Source: an uncultured Chloroflexia bacterium (GTDB lineage Bacteria > Chloroflexota > Limnocylindria > Limnocylindrales > CSP1-4). Taken from it: a stretch of 64,000 nt of DNA. Every line of letters starts with the position of its first letter. Positions within the stretch are counted from its first letter, which is position 1. Made by a program: the position numbers and the translations under genes. The notes beneath the pieces are model-generated. The model saw only the letters and a list, made by a program, of their open reading frames with translations. It did no database searches and was not told the origin of the DNA. Below, in pieces: positions 8,723 through 18,840 of this stretch. Location of the stretch: the NCBI GenBank assembly GCA_963746845.1, contig CAVVCZ010000002.1:1-64000 (forward strand), in the 5' to 3' direction.

Positions 8723-9182
8723 GCCTTCACGAACCTCGAGGAATTCGTCGGTCATCCATCTGGTTGATGGGGTGACGGGGACGGCGGATGATTGCTGACC
8801 CGCGGATCGTCCCGACCGGTCCCCTACCTCCGCACCAGCCCGAGAGAGTCACCGTCGGGGGTACGTTCGACTCACGGCGCCGCCATGACCCTGACTCCGG
8901 ACCCATCCCGATCGAACAGGTCCCCACCTGACCGACTCGGCACCGGTCGGCGACACGTCCGCGAGGATGCGACGATGCGGCGATGCACGCACTGCCGTCG
9001 GTCGCTGATCTAGGGGGGTGGTGGACCCGGCCGATGTCACGCGTCACGGACTCGGGCGGAGGTGCCGCCCGGACCGGGACGTTCGTCGACGACCTCGTGA
9101 CGGTGGGGCGGACCGGAGGTACCGGTCCGGCTGGAGTCCACGCGGCCGACGCCGACGGAGGTCCACCTGTGAGTCGCCGGCC

Positions 9183-9950
9183 ATGACCGTCGTCTGGCGC
9201 GCACGCGCGTTCCTCGCCGTCGAGGTCGACGCGTGGTGGTCCGCGCCGCGAGCCGGGTTCCGGCCGGCCCAGCGACATCCGATGCAACGCCGCATGAGCG
9301 AGGCGGAGATCGCGGCGACGATCGAGGCCCTCCGGCACGTGCCGGCGGCGATCGATGCCTGGAGCGAGGGCGCCGCCGGGATGGAGCTCGAGGCGATCAC
9401 GACCGTCGACGAGCCGATCACGCGCCTGACGCCGATCGGCGACGGCCGCTGGTGGGTCGGGCCGGAGGATCTGCCGCGCGCCTTCTGGGCGGGCATCCGG
9501 CCGGGCTCGGTCGACGCGATCTACGTGATCTGGCCGAGCGACGGCAAGGTGCCCCTGTGCGGCTGGGGCTGCACGAACGGACCGAGCGCTGGGACGAGCG
9601 GGGCGGGCTTCTCGTCGATCATCAGCGACGGCTGGGCCGGCTATCCGGATCGGCTCCACCCCGAGGAGGGCTTCGTCCACGAGTGGCTCCATCAGGTGGA
9701 GTCCGTGCTTCGCACGCGGGGGCTCGGGAAGGACGTCCTGCCGGAGCTCCACGACGTGGACGGTCGGACCTCGTGTCGCTCGCCGGACCTCCCGCCCTTC
9801 GGCCGCATGTACCCCGACCACCATCGGGAAACCGATACCTGGCAGCCGTGGTATCGCGACCTGATGACCGGCACCGTCCGGGGCCGCGACCACGACGAGC
9901 CGCCCTGTCTCGGCCTACGGCCCGAGCACTGGGAGCGATCCCGGCCCTGA
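9183..9950 (+). CDS. Hypothetical protein with HEXXH zincin motif
   Basis: EEGFVHEWLHQVE; GC3-rich codons from ATG 9183; start uncertain. Confidence 0.7.
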   Translation: MTVVWRARAFLAVEVDAWWSAPRAGFRPAQRHPMQRRMSEAEIAATIEALRHVPAAIDAWSEGAAGMELEAITTVDEPITRLTPIGDGRWWVGPEDLPRAFWAGIRPGSVDAIYVIWPSDGKVPLCGWGCTNGPSAGTSGAGFSSIISDGWAGYPDRLHPEEGFVHEWLHQVESVLRTRGLGKDVLPELHDVDGRTSCRSPDLPPFGRMYPDHHRETDTWQPWYRDLMTGTVRGRDHDEPPCLGLRPEHWERSRP

Positions 9951-10041
9951 CGACGAGCGCAACGATCCAATTCCGCCGACGGCGTGGACGACGTCGGCCA
10001 GACGCCGACGCCCTAGGGTCACGCGTCTCGGAGGTGGGTCC

Positions 10042-10740
10042 ATGGATGCCTGGAACGTCGTTCTCAACCTGCTGACGCTGGGGCTCGTGCTCATCGGTGG
10101 ATGGTTTGCAAGCGCGATCCAGAGCGGCCTCAAGACCACCGCGGACGAGGTCGCCCGGTTCAGCGTCGCGAGCCAGACCTGGCAGGCGCGGCTCGAGCAG
10201 GAGCTCCAGCAGGCGCGTGGAACTGAGCGCCAGGAGCTCCGGTTCACGGCCTACGGGCAGCTCTGGTCGAAAATGCGGTCGCTGGCGATCTACGACGTCC
10301 GGAGCTTCGGGCCGAACGACGCCCGCGGCCTCTCGTCGGAACTGAGCGACTGGTACTTCAGCGAGACGGGCGGGCTGCTCCTGACGAGCACGGTCCGCGA
10401 GTTCTACTTCGCGCTGCAGGCCCTGTTGCGCGGCATCGCGGAGCAGCCCGGCTGGACCGCCCAGCGTTCGGATGAGGACCCGAAGGCGGCCTTCGAGCGG
10501 ATCCTGGCCGAGCGCCGGCTGGCAGACGCCGGCGCCGTGCTCCACGCTCTCGAGGCCGACGCCACGACGGCCTGGCCGGGGACGCTCGCCACCGCCGCCG
10601 GGGGCTGGCGACGCGACGTGTCGAGCCTCGTCGCCGACTGGACCGGGCTCGAAGCCCACGGGCAGTTCGCGGTGCTGCAGCAGGTTTCCAGCGCGCTCCG
10701 AACGGCCATGGTGAACGACGTCGAGAGCCGCCTCCGCTAG
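10042..10740 (+). CDS. Hypothetical protein, N-terminal TM followed by helical domain
   Basis: GGAGGT RBS; TM at residues ~5-25; motifs AYGQLW, WYFSETGGLLL, SALRTAMVNDVESR. Confidence 0.75.
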   Translation: MDAWNVVLNLLTLGLVLIGGWFASAIQSGLKTTADEVARFSVASQTWQARLEQELQQARGTERQELRFTAYGQLWSKMRSLAIYDVRSFGPNDARGLSSELSDWYFSETGGLLLTSTVREFYFALQALLRGIAEQPGWTAQRSDEDPKAAFERILAERRLADAGAVLHALEADATTAWPGTLATAAGGWRRDVSSLVADWTGLEAHGQFAVLQQVSSALRTAMVNDVESRLR

Positions 10741-10822
10741 CTGACGGCGCTCCGCACGAAACCGGCCGGACTCGTGCGGGCGCCCTTCCGCCACCGTCGT
10801 TCGATCCCGGAGACTCGAGACC

Positions 10823-11926
10823 ATGCCTGTCCCCGCACCGGATCCCGCCGCGACGCAAGGACCTGTGCCGGCCGCCCTGGCCCGGACGGCGCCGCCGCTC
10901 GTCGGCGTGGCCGCCTTCGTGATCGTGATCGTCGGCCTGTCGCTGGCCGCGGGCGTCGTGTCGATGATCCTGCTGTCGGTCCTGGTGGCGATCCTCGTCG
11001 CCCCGATCGCGTCCGCGGTCCGGCGCCGCGGCTGGCCGGGCTGGGCGGCCCTCCTGCTCGCGCTGGCGAGCTATGTGCTGGTCCTGGCGGTCTTCGGGAT
11101 CATCACCGCAGTCGGAGTCTTCCGGCTGCTCCGGGAGCTGCCCGCCGACACGAGCGACCTGACCCAGATCCTCGGCGTCGACCTCGGCGACTCCCAGGTG
11201 GCGGACACCCTCGCCCGGGCCTTCGCAGGCGTGCTCACGACGCTCGCCCAGGGCGCGCTGAGCTCCCTGGCGGTGGTCGGGTACAGCGTGATCGTCGTCG
11301 CGTACCTGCTGCTGGAGGCGCCGACCGCCCGGGACCGCCTGCTCTGGGCGTTCGGCAGCAACCCCGTCGTCGTGGAACGGGCGGGCGCGCTCGTCGTCCG
11401 GCTGCGGGCCTACCTGATCGCCAGGGCGGCGCTCGGCGGTGCCGCCGCGATCCTCGACACGATCGTCCTGATCGTCCTCGGCATCCCGTCCGCGTTCCTG
11501 TGGGGCGTCCTGAGCTTCCTGTTGAGCTTCGTCCCGAATGTCGGGTTCATCCTGTCGATGATCCCGCCCGCGGTCCTGGGCCTGGTGGTCGGCGGGTGGC
11601 CGACCGCGCTCGCCGTGGTCATCTCGTACAGCGTGATCAACGTCACCGTGGACTACCTCGTCCAGCCCAGGTTCGTCGGCTCGGCGGTCGACCTGTCGCC
11701 GCTGGTCGTCACCGTGTCGCTCCTGTTCTGGGCGCTGGTCCTCGGCGGTGCCGGCGCGATCTTCGCCGTCCCGCTGACGATCATCGTCGTGGGCGTCGCC
11801 GACGCGTTCGACGGGACACGACCGCTGTCGCGGATGCTGGCGGCGAACGTTCCGCGGATGATCGGGTTCGACGCGGCCGGCGAGCGGATCGACGATCCGG
11901 ACGAGGCGCCCGTCCCGCCGCCCTGA
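10823..11926 (+). CDS. AI-2E family transporter
   Basis: Polytopic; LSFVPNVG, QPRFVGSAVDLSP, GAIFAVPL. Confidence 0.92.
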   Translation: MPVPAPDPAATQGPVPAALARTAPPLVGVAAFVIVIVGLSLAAGVVSMILLSVLVAILVAPIASAVRRRGWPGWAALLLALASYVLVLAVFGIITAVGVFRLLRELPADTSDLTQILGVDLGDSQVADTLARAFAGVLTTLAQGALSSLAVVGYSVIVVAYLLLEAPTARDRLLWAFGSNPVVVERAGALVVRLRAYLIARAALGGAAAILDTIVLIVLGIPSAFLWGVLSFLLSFVPNVGFILSMIPPAVLGLVVGGWPTALAVVISYSVINVTVDYLVQPRFVGSAVDLSPLVVTVSLLFWALVLGGAGAIFAVPLTIIVVGVADAFDGTRPLSRMLAANVPRMIGFDAAGERIDDPDEAPVPPP

Positions 11927-11988
11927 GCCGACCGGTCGTCGACCCGGGCCTGCCCGCCGGGGTCAGGGGCCGGTTTGCGGCGCCCTGA

Positions 11989-12924
11989 TCACCCGGCTCC
12001 CCCCGGGCCCGGCTCCCCCCGGTTCCGGTAGACCTCCGCGCGCGCTCCGACGTCGACGCCGGCCCCCAGCCTGGCACGGACGCCGGAGCGCACGGGAGAT
12101 GGGGAGAGCGATGCTGGGAATGGCAGGTTCAGGAGGCCCGGCTCGAGCGGGATGTCCGCATGGATCCGGGTCCCCATGCCGGGCATCGAGTCGACCGTCA
12201 GGCGACCGCCCAGGACGTCCACCCGATCGGCCAGGCTGACGAGGCCCACGCCGGTCACGACGTGGGCCGGGTCGAACCCGACGCCGGAGTCGTCCACGGA
12301 GAACGAGATCCGGTTCGGCTCGCCGACGAGGCGGATCCAGACGGCCGCGTTCGGGCCGGCGTGCTTGACGGCGTTCTGGAGGGCTTCGAGACAGCAGTAA
12401 TAGACGCCGCGCTCGATCTTCGGGGCGTACCGGCCGAAGTTGACGGACTCCACCGTCACCGGCCGCGGCGTGTGGTCGGCAACGGATCGGAGGGACTCGA
12501 CGACGCCGTTCCGGAGCAGCAGCTGCGGGCTGCCGTCGCGGGTGGCGTCGCGAATCTCGGTGAGGGCGGCTTCGAGGTCGCGCCCGAGCCGCTCGATCGC
12601 CTCGCGCTCGGCCTCCGTCGCGGCGGCCTGGGCGAGCAGCCCCAGATGGATCCGGACGCTGACGAGCCGTTGCTGGGCGCCGTCGTGGAGGTCGCGCTGG
12701 ATCCGCTGGCGTTCCAGATCGACCGCGTCCAGCGCCCGGACCCGCGCTCGGCGCAGATCTCGTTCGAGCGACCGGATCTCGAGACGCATCCAGATCGCCC
12801 CCGCGAGGGCGATCGCGATCGGCAGGAACTGGAGCGGCGTGTCTGCCAGCATCGCGAGCAGGGCGAGCGGCGTCGCGACGAACGCGATCGACGAGACGAG
12901 GACGAACCGGCGCAGTCCAGCCAT
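11989..12924 (-). CDS. Sensor histidine kinase (HisKA_3 + HATPase)
   Basis: ERQRIQRDLHDGAQQRL, EALQNAVKHA, DDSGVGF, GVGLVSLADRV; two N-terminal TMs. Start may lie upstream (ORF open to 13119). Confidence 0.92.
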   Translation of the reverse strand: MAGLRRFVLVSSIAFVATPLALLAMLADTPLQFLPIAIALAGAIWMRLEIRSLERDLRRARVRALDAVDLERQRIQRDLHDGAQQRLVSVRIHLGLLAQAAATEAEREAIERLGRDLEAALTEIRDATRDGSPQLLLRNGVVESLRSVADHTPRPVTVESVNFGRYAPKIERGVYYCCLEALQNAVKHAGPNAAVWIRLVGEPNRISFSVDDSGVGFDPAHVVTGVGLVSLADRVDVLGGRLTVDSMPGMGTRIHADIPLEPGLLNLPFPASLSPSPVRSGVRARLGAGVDVGARAEVYRNRGEPGPGGAG

Positions 12925-13149
12925 CGAGCGGCGCGCGGCAACGAGGCTCCGCGGAATGGCCTCGGCGTGGTCGGTATCCGCCCTGCGGCTGACGAGCAAT
13001 GCGGCCTCCGGGGCTGCCCCGATCCCGGGGGGGACAGACGAGCAAGGCGCCAGCCGTCCCCCACTTGAGTCCGCCGTCGAGACGCGCGCGACGAGCGGAA
13101 ACGGATTCTCAGGAATCACCCAAGCTTCGTCATCCCCCGGGCCGAGTTT

Positions 13150-13161
13150 TCACCCGGGTGA
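13150..13161. promoter_or_regulatory. Perfect 12-bp palindrome TCACCCGGGTGA upstream of kinase
   Basis: Located in a locally AT-richer intergenic gap; function inferred. Confidence 0.35.
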
Positions 13162-13193
13162 TTTCGACCTGTGCATCATGACTGGTCCGGGCG

Positions 13194-15485
13194 TCAGTCG
13201 TCGAGCATGCCTCGCTCGCGCGCGCGGCCGACCGCTGCCGGAAGCGTGTGGACGTCGAGCTTCCGGTAGATCGAGCGGACATGCGAATGGATCGTGTTGA
13301 ACGAGACGAACAGCCGATCCGCGGCCTGCCGCTTTGACGCGCCGGTGGCGAGCACGCGCAGCACCTCGAGCTCCCGACGGGACAGCTCCTCGGTCGGCAC
13401 GGTGACCCGGATCGGGGTCATCTGGCGCCGGAGCGTGACGAGGAAGCCCGGGTCATGGGCGGCGTCGATGATCGCGTCGGCCTCGCGCAACAGCCCCGCG
13501 GCCTCGTCGTTCCGCCCGAGCATCCGCCGGGACTGTGCCAGGCCGAGGAGGACCTCGGCCGACGACAGGGGCTCTCCGAGGGCGCGGATTGCCGGGATCG
13601 CCTGGGCGAGCAGGTCGCCGCCCTCGGCCGCGGCGCCGCGCCGAACCAGAACGGCACCGAGGATGGCGATCGCATAGGCGTGGGTGGCGGTCTGGGCCAG
13701 CCCGTGCTCGTCGGCGAGCGTCACGGCCTCCCGGGCCAGGTGCTCGGCACGGGCGGGATCGCCGGTCTCGAGGCTCACCCGGGCGAGCAACGAGCCGGCG
13801 CCGACCGCGTCCATCCACATCCCGTTGGCGCGGGCGAGGTCCGCGCCGACGAGGAGCGGCGCCGCGGCTTCGACGTATTCGCCCGCCCGCACGAGCGCGA
13901 ACCCGAGCTGCACGTGTACGGTCACGCGCCAGGGGGAATCCCGCCCGGATTCCAGCTCGAACGCCCGCCGGGCCGAACCGAGCATCCGCCCGACGTCATC
14001 ACCCGGGAACGCCGCGCCGATCAGGGCGGCCGTCGCGTCGATCGAGCTGGAGCCGTCCGGCATCGGCTCGGCGGCCGGCGCCCGGAGCGCCGCCGCCAGC
14101 GCCTTGTTGCCCTCCTCGTGGCGGCCGAGGAAGTGCATGGTCCACGCTCGGACGACCCCCAGTCGCCGATCGGTCGCGACCGTCTCCGGCCCGACGGCAT
14201 CGAGCCAGCCGACGAGTGTCGCGATCCGGCCAAGCTCGAGGAGCCCCAGGTAGCTTTCGCCGATCAGACGCGCGGCCAGGTCCAGGTCGCCGGCCGTGAT
14301 CGCATGGCGGACCGCCTGGTCCGGGTCACGGTGCAGCGCGTACCAGCCCGCGGCGCGCCGGTGGAGGATGGGCAGCCGGTCCGGCTGGCGCCGCGCCAGC
14401 TCGAGCCGCAGCAGCTCCGCCAGGAGGTGGTGGTAGCGATACCACTCGCGCCGCTCATCGAGGGGCGTGATGAAGACATTCGCGCGCTCCATCTCGGCGA
14501 GTCGCTCACCCGAGCCGGGCGCTCCGGTCAGCGCGTCCGCCAGCGACCCGCAGACCGTGTCGACGATCGACGTCGTGAGCATGAAATGGAGCGTGTCCGG
14601 GTCGAGCGCGATCAGCACCTGCTCGGTCAGGTAGTCGATGACGTGCCGGTTCGACGCTCCGAACGTCTCGACGAAGTCGCGCTGGTCCGCGGCCTGCCGC
14701 AACGACAGGTAGGCGAGGTACAGACCGGCCGGCCAGCCCTCGGTCCGTTGGTGGAGGATCGCCACGGCATCGGGTTCGAGGGTCAGCCCGAGGCTGTCGG
14801 TCAGGAATTGGTCCGTCTCTTCGGGCGTGAAGCCGAGGTCCGACGAGCGGAGCTCCAGGAGGTCGCCCGTGGCCCGAAGACGGGCGATCGGGAGCGGTGG
14901 TGTCGACCGGGTCGAGATCACGAGCTGGATGGTGGGCGGGGCCAGCTCCGCGAACCGGATCACCGTGTCGTGGCAATCGTCGCTCTCGAGCAGGTAGTAG
15001 TCGTCGAGGACGACCACGACCTCCTTCGTCTGGTCCTCCAGGCCGTGGGCGACGGTCGCGGCCGGGTCGGCGTCGCGGGCGCATCCGACCAGCCGCTCGA
15101 CGAGGTCGGGACCGCCCGCAGCCATGCCGATCGCCGCGCCGAGGTAGGTCCACAGCACCGCCTGGTCGTTGTCCTGCGGCTCGATCGTCACCCACGCGAA
15201 CGAGCGCGGATCGACGTCGGACCAGTCGGCGAGGAGCGACGTCTTGCCGAACCCGGGCGGTGCGACGAGCAGGGTCAGCGTCGGCCGAGCCGCCCGGAGC
15301 AGGCCGGTCAGCCGGCCGCGCCGGATCGTCCCATCGCGAAGCCGCGGGGGCAGCAGCTTCGTCGCCTGGAGGATGGGTCCGGCTCGTCCGGACACCGTTT
15401 CCTGCCGGGGATCGGTCTGTCTCGTCGCCAAGCGACTCCGGTCCTCGCGCGCGTCAGATCCCCGTGGTCCGGTCCGCTGGATCAC
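13194..15485 (-). CDS. MalT-like LuxR-family regulator (STAND ATPase-TPR-HTH)
   Basis: ATKLLPP, Walker A APPGFGKTS, VLDDYY, RTEGWPAGL, WYRYHHL, LSRRELEVL...NTIHSHVRSIYRKL. Alternative GTG start 15395. Confidence 0.95.
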   Translation of the reverse strand: MIQRTGPRGSDAREDRSRLATRQTDPRQETVSGRAGPILQATKLLPPRLRDGTIRRGRLTGLLRAARPTLTLLVAPPGFGKTSLLADWSDVDPRSFAWVTIEPQDNDQAVLWTYLGAAIGMAAGGPDLVERLVGCARDADPAATVAHGLEDQTKEVVVVLDDYYLLESDDCHDTVIRFAELAPPTIQLVISTRSTPPLPIARLRATGDLLELRSSDLGFTPEETDQFLTDSLGLTLEPDAVAILHQRTEGWPAGLYLAYLSLRQAADQRDFVETFGASNRHVIDYLTEQVLIALDPDTLHFMLTTSIVDTVCGSLADALTGAPGSGERLAEMERANVFITPLDERREWYRYHHLLAELLRLELARRQPDRLPILHRRAAGWYALHRDPDQAVRHAITAGDLDLAARLIGESYLGLLELGRIATLVGWLDAVGPETVATDRRLGVVRAWTMHFLGRHEEGNKALAAALRAPAAEPMPDGSSSIDATAALIGAAFPGDDVGRMLGSARRAFELESGRDSPWRVTVHVQLGFALVRAGEYVEAAAPLLVGADLARANGMWMDAVGAGSLLARVSLETGDPARAEHLAREAVTLADEHGLAQTATHAYAIAILGAVLVRRGAAAEGGDLLAQAIPAIRALGEPLSSAEVLLGLAQSRRMLGRNDEAAGLLREADAIIDAAHDPGFLVTLRRQMTPIRVTVPTEELSRRELEVLRVLATGASKRQAADRLFVSFNTIHSHVRSIYRKLDVHTLPAAVGRARERGMLDD

Positions 15486-15557
15486 CTCGGGGGTCGGCCA
15501 GCCGGCGAGCTCCAGTTCGACGGTGGGTCGGCCGGTCGGGCGACGGCCGCGTCCCCG

Positions 15558-15848
15558 TCAGTAGACCTGCTGCTGGCCGTATCGGCTTCGCCCCGAGATC
15601 CCACCGGACGCCCAGGATGCGATGTCGATGACCAGGGCAAGCGCGAGTCCGATGGCATCGACCGTGTCGACGCCGCCGGGTGCAACGAGAACGTACATCA
15701 ACGTCGTCCACGGAAGGAAGAGGAAGCCGAGGATCGGGAGCAGGACGGTGTCGAACGCGACGTTGAACCGGACCGGCTGGAACAGCCACAGGAGGAACAG
15801 GACGCCGCGCGGACCGACGATGAGGAAGGTCGCGAGCAGGCAGCACAT
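15558..15848 (-). CDS. Small membrane protein
   Basis: MCCLLATFLIVGPR...LGFLFLPWTTLMY; GAGGA RBS; about 3 TMs. Confidence 0.8.
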   Translation of the reverse strand: MCCLLATFLIVGPRGVLFLLWLFQPVRFNVAFDTVLLPILGFLFLPWTTLMYVLVAPGGVDTVDAIGLALALVIDIASWASGGISGRSRYGQQQVY

Positions 15849-16055
15849 GGATCGTCCTCGCACCGTCGGGTTGGGCTCGGTGAGCGTTCCAGCGGCCGGG
15901 AGACGGCGCAATGCGGCCGACCCCACGGCTGTTGGGGTGGGCACGCCCCGTGCCCGCGTGCCCGCCCGGTAGGATCACGGCCAGGGCGCTCCTACGATCG
16001 CGGAGAGCGCCCCTGGGCGTGAGCGTGCCCATCGCAGCGACGGGAGTGTCGAGCC

Positions 16056-16715
16056 ATGACCACCACCGCCACCGCGACCGCCACCTACGACGATCTGCCC
16101 TGGTGGCTCGGAGTGGTGCAGGGCATCGCCCTCGTGATCCTCGGGCTGCTGTGCCTCTCGGCACCTGGAGCGGCGCTGGCCGTCCTCGTCCAGCTCCTCG
16201 GCATCTACTGGCTGGTGACCGGCGTCCTCGGTCTGGTCGGCCTGATCGGCGACCGCACCGCGTGGGTGTGGAAGCTGCTCGCGGGTGTGATCGGGATCCT
16301 CGCCGGCATCGCGATCGTCGCCCACCCGATGTGGGCCACGATCCTCGTCCCGACGACGCTCGTCCTCGTGATCGGCATCTTCGGGATCGTCAACGGCATC
16401 CTGGTCCTCGTCCAGTCGTTCACCGTCCGGCACTGGAGCGGGGTCTTCCTCGGCCTCTTCGGGGCGATCCTCGGCCTGATCCTCGTGATGAACCCGCTCC
16501 TCGGGGCGGCGACGCTGCCGTTCATCCTCGGGGTCTCCGCGCTCGTCGGGGGGATCGTCTCGATCGGCGCCGCGTTCTACGAACGACGGCTGGAGCGGCG
16601 GGCCGCGAACGCCGGCGTGCCGGAGGCGACCGGGTCGGCGCTCCTCTCGCCGGATGTGGCGCCGACCGGCGCCGACCGGCCCGATGATCCCGGGGCGCCC
16701 GCCGCGAGCGCGTGA
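16056..16715 (+). CDS. HdeD/DUF308 family membrane protein
   Basis: WWLGVVQGIALVILGLL..P; repeated G-rich TM hairpins. Confidence 0.88.
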   Translation: MTTTATATATYDDLPWWLGVVQGIALVILGLLCLSAPGAALAVLVQLLGIYWLVTGVLGLVGLIGDRTAWVWKLLAGVIGILAGIAIVAHPMWATILVPTTLVLVIGIFGIVNGILVLVQSFTVRHWSGVFLGLFGAILGLILVMNPLLGAATLPFILGVSALVGGIVSIGAAFYERRLERRAANAGVPEATGSALLSPDVAPTGADRPDDPGAPAASA

Positions 16716-18595
16716 CCCAACCGGGGGATCCGAACAACCGCGAGGATTCCGCGGCGAGCGACCCGCTGCCCGTTCTCGAGCACGTCCTGGACGTCGACGC
16801 CGAGACGGATGCCGTCGCCGTCGAGACCGACGAGGAGCGCTCGACCGGCGGCTCGACCGTCGGCACGAGCCGGCTGCGCGAGGTCATCCGGCTCGCTGAG
16901 AGCGTCGGCCCTCGCCGGGCGACGATCCGTGACGATGCGATCGCCGCCATGGTCGGTGCGATCGGCAGCGTTCCGGACGGCATGGCGTCGGCCGTGCTCG
17001 CCGGGGTCAACCCGATCTCGGGTCTCTACGCCGTGGCCGTTGGACCGATTGTCGGGGGGTTGCTCGTCGCGTCGCCGCTCATCGTGGTGACGACAACCAG
17101 CGCCGGGTCCCTGTCGGGCGGTGCGGCCGTCGCCGGCATCCCGGTCGACGGCCGCGCGGCGGCGCTGCTCCTCGTCGTGCTCCTCGCGGGATTGATCCAG
17201 ATCCTCGCCGGGGTCCTTCGCCTGGGGCGGCTCACCCACTTCGTGTCGCATTCGGTGATGGTCGGGTTCCTGACCGGTGTCGCCGTCCTGATCATCCTCG
17301 GCCAGTTCGGCGACATCACCGGGACGAATCCGACCGGGGGCGGCAACCTCGCCAAGGCGATCGATGTCGTCACCCATCCCGGCGCGATCCAGCTGGTTTC
17401 GTTGGTCCTCGGGGTGATCACGATCGCGATCGTGATCGCGCCGCTGCCGGGCTTCCTCGGCAAGATCGGACCGCTGATCGCGATCGCGGTCCCGACGATC
17501 CTCGTCACCGCCCTGTCCCTCGACGTCCAGGTGGTCCGCGATGTCGGGGAGATCCCGCAAGGACTGCCGCACCCGTCCATTCCCTCCCTGGATCTCCTGA
17601 GCGCACCGCTCATCACGGGGGCATTCGCGGTCGCAGCGATCATCCTCGTGCAGGGCGCGGGTGTCGCCGAGAGCTTCCCGCCAACCGGCGGCCGGCCCAC
17701 CCAGCCGTCCCGGGACTTCATCGCCCAGGGTGCGGCCAACACCGCCAGCGGTCTCTTCGGGGGCATCCCGGTCGGCGCTTCGGTCAGCGGGACGGCGCTC
17801 GTCGTCTCGGCCGGCTCACGGTCGAGATGGGCCTCGATCCTGGCCGGAGTCTTCGTCCTGCTGATCCTCCTGTTCCTGTCGCCGGTCGTCGAGCTCGTGC
17901 CGATGCCGGCGCTTGCGGGGCTGCTGATCGTCGCCGGGGCGAACACGATCAAGGTCGATGAGTTCCTCGTGATCTGGCGGACGGGGCTCCTGTCGCGCAT
18001 CGCGATCGTCGCAACGTTCGTCGCCACGCTGTTCCTGCCGATCCAGGCCGCCGTCGGCATCGGAATCCTGATGTCGACGCTCCTGAACCTCAACCAGGCG
18101 TCCATGGACGTGTCGATCTCGGAGCTCGTCGAGCGACCCGACGGGCGGGTCGAAGTGCGCCCACCGGAGAAACGCCTGCGCAGCGACGCCACGACGACCC
18201 TCGACGTCCAAGGCAGCCTGTTCTACGCGGGAGCCCGGACGTTCGCCCGCCTCCTGCCGATCCCGGAGGGCTCGACACGCCCCGTCGTCATCGTCCGCCT
18301 CCGCGGCCGCACGAAGGTCGGCGCGACGTTCATCGAGGTCATCGACCGATACGCCGGACGGCTGGCCTCGGTCGGTGGCCGGATCTATCTGACCGGCGTC
18401 GACGACCACGTCCGCCAGCAGATGGTCCGATCCGGCAAGCTCGACCTCGGCGGGACCGTCTGGCTCGAGACGATGACCCCGATCCTCGGCGAATCGACGC
18501 GGCGCGCCATCCAGGACGCCAACGCGTGGCTCGTGGAGTCCACACCGAGCGGCCCGGCGTCTGCCGGCGAGGCGGACCACCCGTCTGCTGGATGA
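16712..18595 (+). CDS. SulP family anion transporter with STAS domain
   Basis: VPDGMASAVLAGVNPISGLY, SVMVGFLTG, AQGAAN, GSLFYAGA. Confidence 0.93.
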   Translation: MTQPGDPNNREDSAASDPLPVLEHVLDVDAETDAVAVETDEERSTGGSTVGTSRLREVIRLAESVGPRRATIRDDAIAAMVGAIGSVPDGMASAVLAGVNPISGLYAVAVGPIVGGLLVASPLIVVTTTSAGSLSGGAAVAGIPVDGRAAALLLVVLLAGLIQILAGVLRLGRLTHFVSHSVMVGFLTGVAVLIILGQFGDITGTNPTGGGNLAKAIDVVTHPGAIQLVSLVLGVITIAIVIAPLPGFLGKIGPLIAIAVPTILVTALSLDVQVVRDVGEIPQGLPHPSIPSLDLLSAPLITGAFAVAAIILVQGAGVAESFPPTGGRPTQPSRDFIAQGAANTASGLFGGIPVGASVSGTALVVSAGSRSRWASILAGVFVLLILLFLSPVVELVPMPALAGLLIVAGANTIKVDEFLVIWRTGLLSRIAIVATFVATLFLPIQAAVGIGILMSTLLNLNQASMDVSISELVERPDGRVEVRPPEKRLRSDATTTLDVQGSLFYAGARTFARLLPIPEGSTRPVVIVRLRGRTKVGATFIEVIDRYAGRLASVGGRIYLTGVDDHVRQQMVRSGKLDLGGTVWLETMTPILGESTRRAIQDANAWLVESTPSGPASAGEADHPSAG

Positions 18596-18840
18596 ACCCG
18601 CCCGGCGGCGAGCCGGGCCGGGCCGTCCGTTCCGCGGGCGCTCCCGGTCGGTTTCGGGCAGGACCCGAACTTGCCGTCGCGGATTGGCTGCGGTAGGGTC
18701 GCGGAGCATTGGAAGGACGGGCGGGGAGACCGGAGGAGTCTCACGCCGACAGGGGGAGTGATCGCGTGGCCGTTGCCAGCCAGCATTCGTCGAGCCCGTC
18801 GATCGGGACGCTCATTGCGCGCGCCCGGACGAACGGCGAT

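Noticed and set aside
8760-9013. GTTCGA T-loop-like motif at 8865, possible riboswitch before the collagen gene, and a CTHC micro-ORF
   Set aside because: No cloverleaf, tmRNA ends or complete riboswitch consensus could be built; the ORF is unsupported. An Rfam scan would settle it.
13455-16022. Long antisense ORFs (also 33049..35466, 37555..39156, 49599..52133)
   Set aside because: Expected stop-poor shadows of high-GC genes.
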